A stretch of DNA of 64,000 nucleotides from Fibrobacteria bacterium. Its GTDB lineage: Bacteria; Fibrobacterota; Fibrobacteria; UBA11236. The DNA is taken from contig JAYTSD010000014.1 in assembly GCA_043745805.1 (NCBI GenBank), positions 1 through 64,000 on the forward strand. The letters are read 5' to 3'. The notes beneath the pieces are model-generated. The model had not been told where the DNA came from. It ran no database searches and saw only the letters and a program-made list of their open reading frames with translations. The position numbers and the translations under genes were made by a program. Below are positions 20,441 through 29,370 of the stretch, one piece after another. The stretch's first letter is position 1. Each line of letters begins with the position of its first letter.

Positions 20441-21181
20441 TTAACTAGAGCGTACATTGGACATTATTTTTAAATGCAAAGCCCCATCCAACAAGGTATA
20501 TACCGTTTTAGCGGTTTGCGCCAAATGTTCATCATGGGTCACTACGAGTATAGTAACATTCATGTTACCATTCAGCTCTGCCAATATTCCATGTAAGCTT
20601 TCAGAATTTTTAGCGTCTAAATTGCCCGAGGGTTCATCGCATAAGAGCAACCTTGGTTTGTTCATGAGGGCGCGCGCTAAAGCAATGCGTTGGCGTTCCC
20701 CACCCGAAAGCTCCGCAGGTAAATGTTTACTGCGCGCTGTTAATCCAATTAAGGATAATAATTCTTCCACACGTAATTTATCTTCGCGTTGTAAAACACC
20801 TGCAATACGACGCGGCATGAGAATGTTTTCATAGGCGGTGAAGTCCGGTAATAAATGATGGAATTGAAATACAAAACCAATATCCCGATTACGCACTGCG
20901 CTTAAGGCTTTATCCGACAAACTACTGACTAAATTGCCACCGAAAAAAACTTGACCTTCACTCGGTTGATCGAGTAATCCTAAAATATGCAGTAGTGTGC
21001 TTTTACCCGCGCCTGAGGCGCCTTGTATCGCCACAAAATCACCTGGATATAAAGCAAAATCAAGTTCACGAAATAATTCAATGCGCGTTCCAGTTTCATC
21101 AAAAATTTTTGCGGCGCCTTGCAAAGCAACTATAGCATCCGAAAATTTCCTATCCGATTTATTTAATATCAAATCACTCAT
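20441..21181 (-). CDS. lolD: Lipoprotein-releasing ABC transporter ATPase
   Basis: GASGAGKSTLLH, GFVFQFHHLL, LSGGERQR, DEPSGNLD. Confidence 0.93.
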   Translation of the reverse strand: MSDLILNKSDRKFSDAIVALQGAAKIFDETGTRIELFRELDFALYPGDFVAIQGASGAGKSTLLHILGLLDQPSEGQVFFGGNLVSSLSDKALSAVRNRDIGFVFQFHHLLPDFTAYENILMPRRIAGVLQREDKLRVEELLSLIGLTARSKHLPAELSGGERQRIALARALMNKPRLLLCDEPSGNLDAKNSESLHGILAELNGNMNVTILVVTHDEHLAQTAKTVYTLLDGALHLKIMSNVRSS

Positions 21182-22427
21182 GACGGATAGACTCCACCGG
21201 ATTATGTCGTGCGGCTTTTAAGGCAGGTAAAAGCGTGGCTATGGCACAAAGGCCATTGGTCACCGCCATGACTAAAACAATATCACGCAAATGCAATTCC
21301 ACCGGCAAAGTAGTAACAAAATAAACATCTCCCGGTAAACGAATTAGGCCCCATTTTAATTGCACATAATAACTGATTAGTCCTAAAATCAATCCTGCTG
21401 TCGATCCCATCCATCCAATCAACATGCCTTCCCAAATGAATATGCGTAATATGTGCCCGCGCGTTGCGCCCATGGCGCGTAAAATGCCTATCTCGCGTAC
21501 CTTATCATTTACAGCCATCACTAAAGAGGAAATGATATTGAAGGCGGCAATTAAAATGATAATGCCCAGAGCTAATCCTACTAATACTTTTTCATAGGAC
21601 ATCCATTTGAGCAAAGTAAAATTTTTCGCTTGCCAGTCGAGTGAACGATAGGGAAAACCTAAACTTACTTCTAAGCTATTGCCTATCGGGCCGGAAAGAT
21701 AAGGGTCATCCAGTTTCACTTGAATTCCCGTCGCCGCATTTGGCATAGAAAAAACCTGTTGCGCTTCTGCAAGCGAAATATAAGCTAAGGTTTCATCGAA
21801 TTGATACATGCCCGATTCAAATGTCGCACCTACAATAAAAGGTGCGATACGCGGCGCAAAACTGGTTAAGCCCATTTCTCCTGCTTGGCTAAAATCCGCT
21901 AAATAAACTTTGTCGCCAACTTCGGCATCTAATCGATCCGCCAAGGCATACCCTAAAATGATTGCGGGAAATTTTTTGTTTTGAGAATCGGTTAAGGAAT
22001 CAAAACCAAAGTGACCCTTGCTTACAGTGTGTTCCAAGGCAATAACTTGACTACAAGTTTTTGCATCAATGCCATAAACAATAATGCCATCTTGATTTTT
22101 CTTGCGAGAAATTACTGTTTTCGATAAAATAAAAGGCGAAGCACCTGTAACATGCGGCTGTTTCCGTATCCAATCCGATAAAGAATCGTAGGCGCAAAAT
22201 GGATGATATTGATGTTGGGTGATTTCCAAATGCGCATCTTTACCAATGAGTTGTTTTTTAACTTCCGCTTCAAAGCCATTAATCGCCGAGAGTACGAATA
22301 TCAATAGCCAAGTGCCTATCATAACTCCAGTAGCCGAAAATAAAGCGATTAAGCCGGAAGATAAAGATCGCCTTTGCGCCCAAAAATATTTACGCGCAAT
22401 AAAGAGTTCGAATAAATTCCAGCCCAC
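21174..22427 (-). CDS. Lipoprotein-releasing ABC transporter permease (LolC/E family)
   Basis: INGF, AAFNIISSL, EIGILRAMGA, PVESIRHE; overlaps the lolD start. Confidence 0.92.
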   Translation of the reverse strand: MGWNLFELFIARKYFWAQRRSLSSGLIALFSATGVMIGTWLLIFVLSAINGFEAEVKKQLIGKDAHLEITQHQYHPFCAYDSLSDWIRKQPHVTGASPFILSKTVISRKKNQDGIIVYGIDAKTCSQVIALEHTVSKGHFGFDSLTDSQNKKFPAIILGYALADRLDAEVGDKVYLADFSQAGEMGLTSFAPRIAPFIVGATFESGMYQFDETLAYISLAEAQQVFSMPNAATGIQVKLDDPYLSGPIGNSLEVSLGFPYRSLDWQAKNFTLLKWMSYEKVLVGLALGIIILIAAFNIISSLVMAVNDKVREIGILRAMGATRGHILRIFIWEGMLIGWMGSTAGLILGLISYYVQLKWGLIRLPGDVYFVTTLPVELHLRDIVLVMAVTNGLCAIATLLPALKAARHNPVESIRHE

Positions 22428-22432
22428 TTTTT

Positions 22433-23923
22433 TTACTCAGGTTTCATTAAGGGGAAAAGCAATACATCTTTAATCGTAGGGCTATCGGTTAACAACATAA
22501 TCATACGATCAATACCAATTCCCACACCACCCGTAGGTGGCATACCATATTCCAAGGCGCGTAAAAAATCTTCATCCAAAGGATGTGTTTCATCTTCACC
22601 GCCGCGGCCGCGCTCCACTTGTTCTTCCAAATGTTGCCTTTGTACAATGGGATCATTTAATTCCGAATAAGCATTGCCCACTTCCCAACCATTGATATAG
22701 GGTTCAAATTGTTCCACCAAGGTGGCATCATTACGATGACCTTTGCAAAGTGGTGTGGATTCACGTGGATGATCAATAATAAACATGGGTTGAATGATCT
22801 GTGCTTCGCAACAGGCTTCGAATAAAGCTTTAATAGCTAAGCCGCGAATATAAGAGCCTTTCATTTCCACTTCATGCTTTTTCAATTCGGTTTGCAAATC
22901 GATATCGCGCATAGCATCAACATCATAGCCAGCCATTTTTTTTAATGCTTCTTTAACCGTTACGCGCGGCCATGGTGGAGTTAAATCAATTTCTTGTCCT
23001 TGAAAATTAATTATCATGGAACCATTCGCCGCTTGCGCCGCGCCGGAATAAATGTTTTCGAAATGCGTCATCATATCATTATAATCAGCAAAGCTTTGAT
23101 AGAATTCTAATAAGGTGAATTCTGGGTTATGCGTTCTATCAATTCCTTCATTGCGAAAATCTTTTGCAAATTCAAAAACACGCGAAAAGCCGCCTACAAT
23201 AAGGCGTTTGAGATACAATTCATTACTCACGCGCAAAAACAGCGGAATGTCTAAAGCATTGTGGTGGGTTATGAAGGGTCGCGCATTTGCGCCTCCATAT
23301 ATCGACTGTAATACGGGAGTTTCTACTTCCAAATAATTTTGCGCCAATAAATAATTACGAATCGATTGAATAATTTTGGTACGCTTCACAAAGGTTTCGC
23401 GAACTTTATCATTTAAAGTTAAATCCACGTAACGTTGACGATACCGTGTTTCCACATCTTTGAATTCATCAAAAATCACTTTCACGCCATCTTCGATTTT
23501 TTCTTTGGGAATGGGTAAAGGACGTAAAGCCTTCGCCAAAATTTCTACGGTCTTGGCATGCACCGAATACTCACCTGTTTTGGTGACGAACATATAACCC
23601 GTTACCCCAACCCAATCGCCAATGTCTAACATTTTTACGATTTCAAAAGCAGGTTCGCCAATGGCATCTTTACCAAACATCACCTGCAAACGTCCATGCT
23701 CATCTTTTAAATGCACAAAAGCTAATTTGCCTTTGAGATTATAACGTACCAAGCGACCGCCAAAAGCCACATCTTTAGGCTCTGCCAATAGGGCGTCTTT
23801 TTCTTCTAATAATCCTGCACTATGATGCGTGAATTTAAAACTATAAGGATAGGGATTAATGCCCATGTCTTTAAGCTTTTGTAATTTGTCGAGCCGAGCT
23901 TCGACTTGATCATTCATTTCCAT
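22433..23923 (-). CDS. lysS: Lysine--tRNA ligase, class II
   Basis: RYRQRYVDL, GGANARPF, FRNEG, HNPEFT, GMPPTGGVGIGIDR. Confidence 0.98.
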   Translation of the reverse strand: MEMNDQVEARLDKLQKLKDMGINPYPYSFKFTHHSAGLLEEKDALLAEPKDVAFGGRLVRYNLKGKLAFVHLKDEHGRLQVMFGKDAIGEPAFEIVKMLDIGDWVGVTGYMFVTKTGEYSVHAKTVEILAKALRPLPIPKEKIEDGVKVIFDEFKDVETRYRQRYVDLTLNDKVRETFVKRTKIIQSIRNYLLAQNYLEVETPVLQSIYGGANARPFITHHNALDIPLFLRVSNELYLKRLIVGGFSRVFEFAKDFRNEGIDRTHNPEFTLLEFYQSFADYNDMMTHFENIYSGAAQAANGSMIINFQGQEIDLTPPWPRVTVKEALKKMAGYDVDAMRDIDLQTELKKHEVEMKGSYIRGLAIKALFEACCEAQIIQPMFIIDHPRESTPLCKGHRNDATLVEQFEPYINGWEVGNAYSELNDPIVQRQHLEEQVERGRGGEDETHPLDEDFLRALEYGMPPTGGVGIGIDRMIMLLTDSPTIKDVLLFPLMKPE

Positions 23924-23966
23924 TTTTCCACCATTGCATTTTGGTTAATGTGATATTTGTGTCATA

Positions 23967-25056
23967 TTAACGCGACTCTTCCGCCGCGGCTAATAAATAA
24001 GCATTGATAAAAGGATCCAAGTTACCATCAAGTACCCCTTTGGCATCCGACGTTTCGCAATCGGTACGCGCGTCTTTAACCATACTATAGGGATGCAAAA
24101 CATAGGAGCGTATTTGACTTCCCCATTCAATTTTTAATTTAGAAGCTAATTTACTTTCACGTTGCGCATCATCTTCGTCTTTAAGCTTTTGATAAACTCG
24201 TGCTTTTAACATTTTCATAGCATTGGCGCGATTCTTCATTTGACTGCGTTCATTCTGGCAGCTCACCACTACACCAGTAGGAATATGCGTCATACGTACA
24301 GCCGAATCAGTTTTATTAATATGTTGCCCGCCTGCTCCACCGGCACGGAAGGTATCCACCTTAATATCCTTTTCATTCAATTCAAATTCCATATCTTCCA
24401 ATACGGGATAAACATAAACTGCAGCAAAAGAAGTATGTCGCCGTGCATTCGAATCAAAGGGAGAAATACGTACCAAACGATGTACGCCGATTTCCGATTT
24501 TAAATAGCCAAAAGCATATTCCTGGGTTACTTCGATAGTCGCACTTTTGATACCCGCTTCATCGCCAGGTTGCTCATCGAGTAATTCAAATTTAAAATTC
24601 TTTTTCTGTAACCAACTCACATACATGCGCAATAGCATTTCGGCCCAGTCCTGAGACTCGGTACCACCTGCACCAGGATGTATGCTTATAATGGCATGGC
24701 GATCATCGGTTTCGCCACCTAGCATTTTCTTAAATTCTAATTCGGTGATTTCGGATTCTAAAACGGCAATTTGCTTTCGCACATCTTCAAGTACCACTTG
24801 ATCTTTTTCTTCTTCAGCCATTTGTGCAAAAACCATTAAGTCATCCGCTTGGCTATGCAAATTTTTCCAACCCTCAATCCAATCCTTCAGGATTTTCATT
24901 TGCTTTTGGATTTTCTGTGCTTTAGCGCCATCCGACCAAAAATTTGCGTCGAGAGTTTGTTGCTCTAGTAAAGCTAAATCTTCCTTTTTTTGAGGGATGT
25001 CAAAGATACCCCCGTAGTCGAGATACTCTTTCCTGCAATTGCGTGGCTGCTTCCAT
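23967..25056 (-). CDS. prfB: Peptide chain release factor 2 with programmed +1 frameshift
   Basis: Short first frame MEAATQLQERVSRLRGYL, then CTT TGA C; second frame has SPF, GGQ, WGSQIRSY. Confidence 0.96.
24999..25013 (-). promoter_or_regulatory. prfB +1 frameshift site with internal SD
   Basis: Minus strand GGGGG-TAT-CTT-TGA-C. Confidence 0.93.
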
Positions 25057-25138
25057 TTGGCAAACTCCTATTTGAAGTTTAAAGATAGACAAATGCAGAG
25101 GGAGACGGAATGCTTGATTTAGCCGGCTAGATAATTGC

Positions 25139-25912
25139 TCAACGCCGAATGGGTAAGCCCTGAGCTGCCAATTCATTTTTGATTTGAGGAATGGTAAAAT
25201 CACCATAGTGCACCATGCTGGCAATCAATGCCGCATCCGCTTTGGCCTTTTGGAAAACATCAGCTAAATGTGAAATTTTTCCCGCTCCACCTGATGCGAT
25301 CACCGGAACGTCGACTGCTTCTGAGATTAATCGGGTTAATTCCAAAGCATAGCCAGCCTGCGTGCCATCGGCATCCATAGAATTAAGACAAATCTCGCCG
25401 GCACCGAAATCCACTGCTTGCTTCGCCCACGCTATGGCATCGAGTCCCATGGGTTTACGTCCGCCTTGAATATATACTTCGTAACCCGATGGTATTGCCA
25501 CAGTTGCTTCAGTGACTTTTATATCCATGCCTAAAACAATGCATTGCTTACCAAATGCGCGTGCGCCTTGTTTAATGATTTCTGGATTTTGTACGGCCAA
25601 AGAATTTAAACTGACTTTTTCCGCACCCGCTAAAAGGGCTTGGCGCATATCATCGAGATTACGTAAACCGCCACCCACAGAAAAAGGAATAAATACTTTT
25701 TTGGCTACCGCACGTACCATTTCAATATCAATGGGCCTTTGTTCCGCAGAGGCCATGATGTCGTAGAATACGAGTTCATCCACACCTTCTTCATAATATT
25801 TACGACCCAAATCTACCGGATCGCCCAAATCTACATTGTCTTTAAATTTCACGCCCTTAGTAACCTTTCGGTTACGGACATCCAAACAAACAATAATTCT
25901 TTTTGTTAACAT
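25139..25912 (-). CDS. hisF: Imidazole glycerol phosphate synthase cyclase subunit
   Basis: [39 protein letters not shown]. Confidence 0.96.
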   Translation of the reverse strand: MLTKRIIVCLDVRNRKVTKGVKFKDNVDLGDPVDLGRKYYEEGVDELVFYDIMASAEQRPIDIEMVRAVAKKVFIPFSVGGGLRNLDDMRQALLAGAEKVSLNSLAVQNPEIIKQGARAFGKQCIVLGMDIKVTEATVAIPSGYEVYIQGGRKPMGLDAIAWAKQAVDFGAGEICLNSMDADGTQAGYALELTRLISEAVDVPVIASGGAGKISHLADVFQKAKADAALIASMVHYGDFTIPQIKNELAAQGLPIRR

Positions 25913-25937
25913 ACAGGTTTCCTAAAGACCGTAGCGA

Positions 25938-26564
25938 TCAAACTTGACCATTCCATTGGGAAAAATTTTTGAGCAATTGTAAACCCCAGCGCCCACTTTT
26001 TTCCGTATGAAATTGACAAGCAATTAAATTCTTTTGCGCAATGATCGAAGTGAAACGTGTTTCCCCATAAGTGGTTTCCGCCAATATGCAATCTCGCGAT
26101 TCGGGAGCTGGATAATAGCTATGCACAAAATAAAATTCACTGCCACTTGGTATGCCCGCGAGCACAGGATGACCTTTTAAAAGGTCCACTTGATTCCAAC
26201 CCATATGCGGTACTTTGATAGGCGCTTTAGGCGAGGATTCGAAAATGGCGGTACCGCCCGACACAAAGCCTAAGCAAGGGGTTTTGCCATCTTCCAAGCT
26301 CCATTCCATAAGCACTTGCATGCCTATGCAAATCCCCAAAAAGGGCTTACCGCTATTTAAGTATTCCGTTAAAACGGATTTTAATCCCAGCTTTTCTAAC
26401 TCTTGCATGGCGGTGCCTGCGGCACCTACGCCAGGAAATATGACATGATTGGCCGCTAGTATGACTTCTCGATCCGATGTAACTACAGCCTCCACACCGA
26501 CTTCATTTAAAGCTAAAAGTACCGAAGTAAGGTTACCCGCCTTATAATCAACAATGGCTATCAT
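25938..26564 (-). CDS. hisH: Imidazole glycerol phosphate synthase glutaminase subunit
   Basis: IVDYKAGN, PGVG, GICIGMQ, PHMGWN, YFVHSY, QFHTEKS. Confidence 0.95.
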   Translation of the reverse strand: MIAIVDYKAGNLTSVLLALNEVGVEAVVTSDREVILAANHVIFPGVGAAGTAMQELEKLGLKSVLTEYLNSGKPFLGICIGMQVLMEWSLEDGKTPCLGFVSGGTAIFESSPKAPIKVPHMGWNQVDLLKGHPVLAGIPSGSEFYFVHSYYPAPESRDCILAETTYGETRFTSIIAQKNLIACQFHTEKSGRWGLQLLKNFSQWNGQV

Positions 26565-27637
26565 TTACGCAAACGAATTTCACGCGAAGTTAAACTAACC
26601 TCATCCCCTAAATCATTTTCCACCAAAGCATTTTCTTGACCTAATATTTCAAAACCTAAATCGCGAATCATATTGATATCCATCGAAGGCGCTTGACCTT
26701 CGGTGGTTAAATAGTCACCGACAAAAATGGAATTAGCCATATACAAAGCCATCGGTTGTAAGGTGCGCAAATGCAATTCTCGGCCACCCGCCACGCGTAA
26801 TTCTTGATCGGGACAAAGCAAACGAAACATCGCTAAAACTTTTAAACAATAATTAGGTGTTAGGTGATCGGCTATCGCCTTAGTGCCTTTAAAAGGAATC
26901 AAAAAATTAACCGGAATAGAATCTACTTGCAAAGCACGTAACTTATAGGCTACATCTAAAATATCTTCTTCTGTTTCACCCATACCGAGCAAAACACCAC
27001 TGCAAGAGGAAAGACCACCCTCTTTGGCTTTAGAAACGGTATCTACTCTATCGTCGAAATCATGCGTTTGGCAAATCTCGCCGTAAAATTTCTCGCTGGT
27101 ATTGAGATTATGATTATAAGCTTTTACACCGGCTGCGCCCAAACGCTCGGCTTGATTTTCTTGTAATAAACCTAAAGACGCGCATATTTCTAAATGCGGA
27201 TATTTGGTTTTCACTTGCCGTACCGCCTCAGTTACTGCAAGCACATCTTTTTCGTTCGGTCCACGCATAGAGGCCACCATACATACGCGGGAGGCCTTAT
27301 TGGCAATTGCTCTTTCGGCGCAAGCAATCACTTCTTCGGGAGTAAGCATTTTATATTTTTCTACAGGGACATCCGCATGCACAGATTGGGAACAATAACC
27401 ACAATTTTCAGGACATACGCCGCTTTGAATATTTACCAAATAGTTGAGCTTAACTTTGCGACCAAAATGCGCTTGACGTACCCGAAAGGCCGCTGCAAGC
27501 AAAGTCAAAATATCGGCATCAGGCCAATGCAAAATTTCGCGAGCTTCGGAGCGCAAGAGTATTTGGCCAGACAAACTTTTTTCCGCCAAACTTTCGGCAT
27601 TAATTTTTGGTTTTATTAATTCTTCTACCATGCTCAT
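26561..27637 (-). CDS. bioB: Biotin synthase
   Basis: CPENCGYCSQS, YNHNLNT, CSG...GMGE, SIPVNFL, ANSIFVGDYLTT. Confidence 0.96.
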   Translation of the reverse strand: MSMVEELIKPKINAESLAEKSLSGQILLRSEAREILHWPDADILTLLAAAFRVRQAHFGRKVKLNYLVNIQSGVCPENCGYCSQSVHADVPVEKYKMLTPEEVIACAERAIANKASRVCMVASMRGPNEKDVLAVTEAVRQVKTKYPHLEICASLGLLQENQAERLGAAGVKAYNHNLNTSEKFYGEICQTHDFDDRVDTVSKAKEGGLSSCSGVLLGMGETEEDILDVAYKLRALQVDSIPVNFLIPFKGTKAIADHLTPNYCLKVLAMFRLLCPDQELRVAGGRELHLRTLQPMALYMANSIFVGDYLTTEGQAPSMDINMIRDLGFEILGQENALVENDLGDEVSLTSREIRLRK

Positions 27638-27742
27638 GGATAATCCTTCATTAAGCGATAAAATATAGGAAAATAGCCCGGAATTAAGCCAAAAGAACTG
27701 CTATAATTGAGAGAATGGGCAAAGGTTTTACCACTTCATTTC

Positions 27743-28204
27743 GTCAGAACAATGATTTATTTGATTTTTATGATTTGAGTGATTTATATTTTTTATTTGT
27801 AAGACGCTTAAAATTCAAACTTACCTCACCAAAATTCACAAGTAATCCTATTTCAAGGTTATACGCTTCAAGGTAATTTATGGCTTGAGCAAAATGTACA
27901 TCTTCCAATTTTGTCATTGCTTTTAACTCTAAAGAAATGATGCCTTCCACCAAAAAATCAACTCTTCGCTTGCCTATTTGTGCTTCTCTATAAAAAATCG
28001 GCATTTCATGTTCTCTGCTAAATGAAATGCTTTCCATGCGCATTTCAATTTCTAAAGCTCTCTGATAAATGACCTCTTGGAAACCATTTCCCAATGCTTT
28101 ATGAACAGTCATCGCACATCCAATAATTTTCGATGTCAATTCAGAATATTTGTATTGCTCATTTATCATATTAATCATTTAATCAAATAAATCATAGTTC
28201 AGAC
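27743..28204. mobile_element. Putative compact mobile unit: GxxExxY gene bounded by 24-bp inverted repeats
   Basis: 27743-27766 GTCAGAACAATGATTTATTTGATT versus reverse complement of 28181-28204 GTCTGAACTATGATTTATTTGATT (22/24); AT-rich interior. Confidence 0.6.
27768..28178 (-). CDS. GxxExxY protein (PD-(D/E)XK superfamily)
   Basis: IIGCAMTVH..LGNGFQEVIYQRAL, RVDFLVE, LELKA, AQAINYL, GLLVNFG; start may be 28169. Confidence 0.93.
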   Translation of the reverse strand: MINMINEQYKYSELTSKIIGCAMTVHKALGNGFQEVIYQRALEIEMRMESISFSREHEMPIFYREAQIGKRRVDFLVEGIISLELKAMTKLEDVHFAQAINYLEAYNLEIGLLVNFGEVSLNFKRLTNKKYKSLKS

Positions 28205-29341
28205 ATTTTCCCGCATGGCCTTCACCGCCTGCCGAGTAATTTCCACTACGATAGGAATTTCTTCCAGTGTATTTCCAAAACCTAAAGAATAGCGAATAGA
28301 AGAAACTGCGGCTTCTGCATTATGTCCCATTGCCAACAAGACATGGGAAGCTTTTACCGATCCCGAAGCGCAAGCTGATCCTGCGGAAACGCAAAGGCCG
28401 CGCATATCCAAGGCTATTACCAGCATGTCAGCGCGACAACCGGAAAAGGTAACATGCAATGTATTCGGCAATCTCGATATCACCTCGGCATTAACCTGCA
28501 TATCGGGAATGGCTTCCTGTAATTGTTTTTGCAAAGTATCCCGTAACAAAGTTAGACGTTTTCTTTCTTCGCTTCCATGAGCACGCCACCATTGAATGGC
28601 CGCGCCTAAACCAGCGATGGCGGAGACGTTTTCCGTACCACCGCGTAAATCGCGCTCTTGCGGTCCACCTAAAATTTGCGAAACAAAGGGAATGCCTTTG
28701 CGTATATATAAAATGCCCAAACCTTTCGGACCATTGATTTTATGTGCAGAAAAAGACATCAAATCCGCCGATTGCACAGACAAGCTTTCTACACGTCCTA
28801 AGGCCTGCACAGCATCGCAATGGAAAGTGATATTTCTTTTCTTTAACATCGCGCTAATGTCTTGTATAGACTGTATAGAACCCACTTCATTATTAGCGGC
28901 CATCACCGAAACCAATACGGTGTCGGAATGCAACACTTTTTCAATCGCCTCTACCGTAACCAAACCGTTACTATCGGGTTTTACATAAGTGAATTTGTAA
29001 CCTTCTTTTTCCAATTGCTCGCAAGTTCTTAGCACAGCTGGATGTTCAATGGCGGTGGTAACAATATGTTTATGAGGAGAATTTTGCCCCGCTAAAAATC
29101 CGCGTATGGCTAGTTGATCGGCTTCGGTGCCACCGCTGGTAAAAACAAACTCATGGCTTTTACCACCCAACCAATGGGCAAGATCTTCGCGTATCTCTTC
29201 TATCAATGCCCGCGCTTTACGCCCTTGTGCATGGGAGCTGGAAGGATTTCCAAAATTATTTTGTAAACAATTCGTGACCGCTGAAATCACTTCGGGTAAA
29301 GCTGGTGCTGTCGCATTATGATCTAAATAATAAAAGGACAT
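28199..29341 (-). CDS. Cysteine desulfurase (IscS/NifS family)
   Basis: YLDHNAT, GNPSS, FTSGGTE, EHPAV, NNEVG, HCDAVQ, SAHKINGPKG, SAGSAC. Confidence 0.93.
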   Translation of the reverse strand: MSFYYLDHNATAPALPEVISAVTNCLQNNFGNPSSSHAQGRKARALIEEIREDLAHWLGGKSHEFVFTSGGTEADQLAIRGFLAGQNSPHKHIVTTAIEHPAVLRTCEQLEKEGYKFTYVKPDSNGLVTVEAIEKVLHSDTVLVSVMAANNEVGSIQSIQDISAMLKKRNITFHCDAVQALGRVESLSVQSADLMSFSAHKINGPKGLGILYIRKGIPFVSQILGGPQERDLRGGTENVSAIAGLGAAIQWWRAHGSEERKRLTLLRDTLQKQLQEAIPDMQVNAEVISRLPNTLHVTFSGCRADMLVIALDMRGLCVSAGSACASGSVKASHVLLAMGHNAEAAVSSIRYSLGFGNTLEEIPIVVEITRQAVKAMRENV

Positions 29342-29370
29342 AATAAAATTATTTCTGCATTGAATTTAAA

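Noticed and set aside
23967-25224. prfB as a broken gene, and the 74-aa ORF 25000..25224
   Set aside because: Explained by the canonical programmed frameshift; true start is ATG 25056
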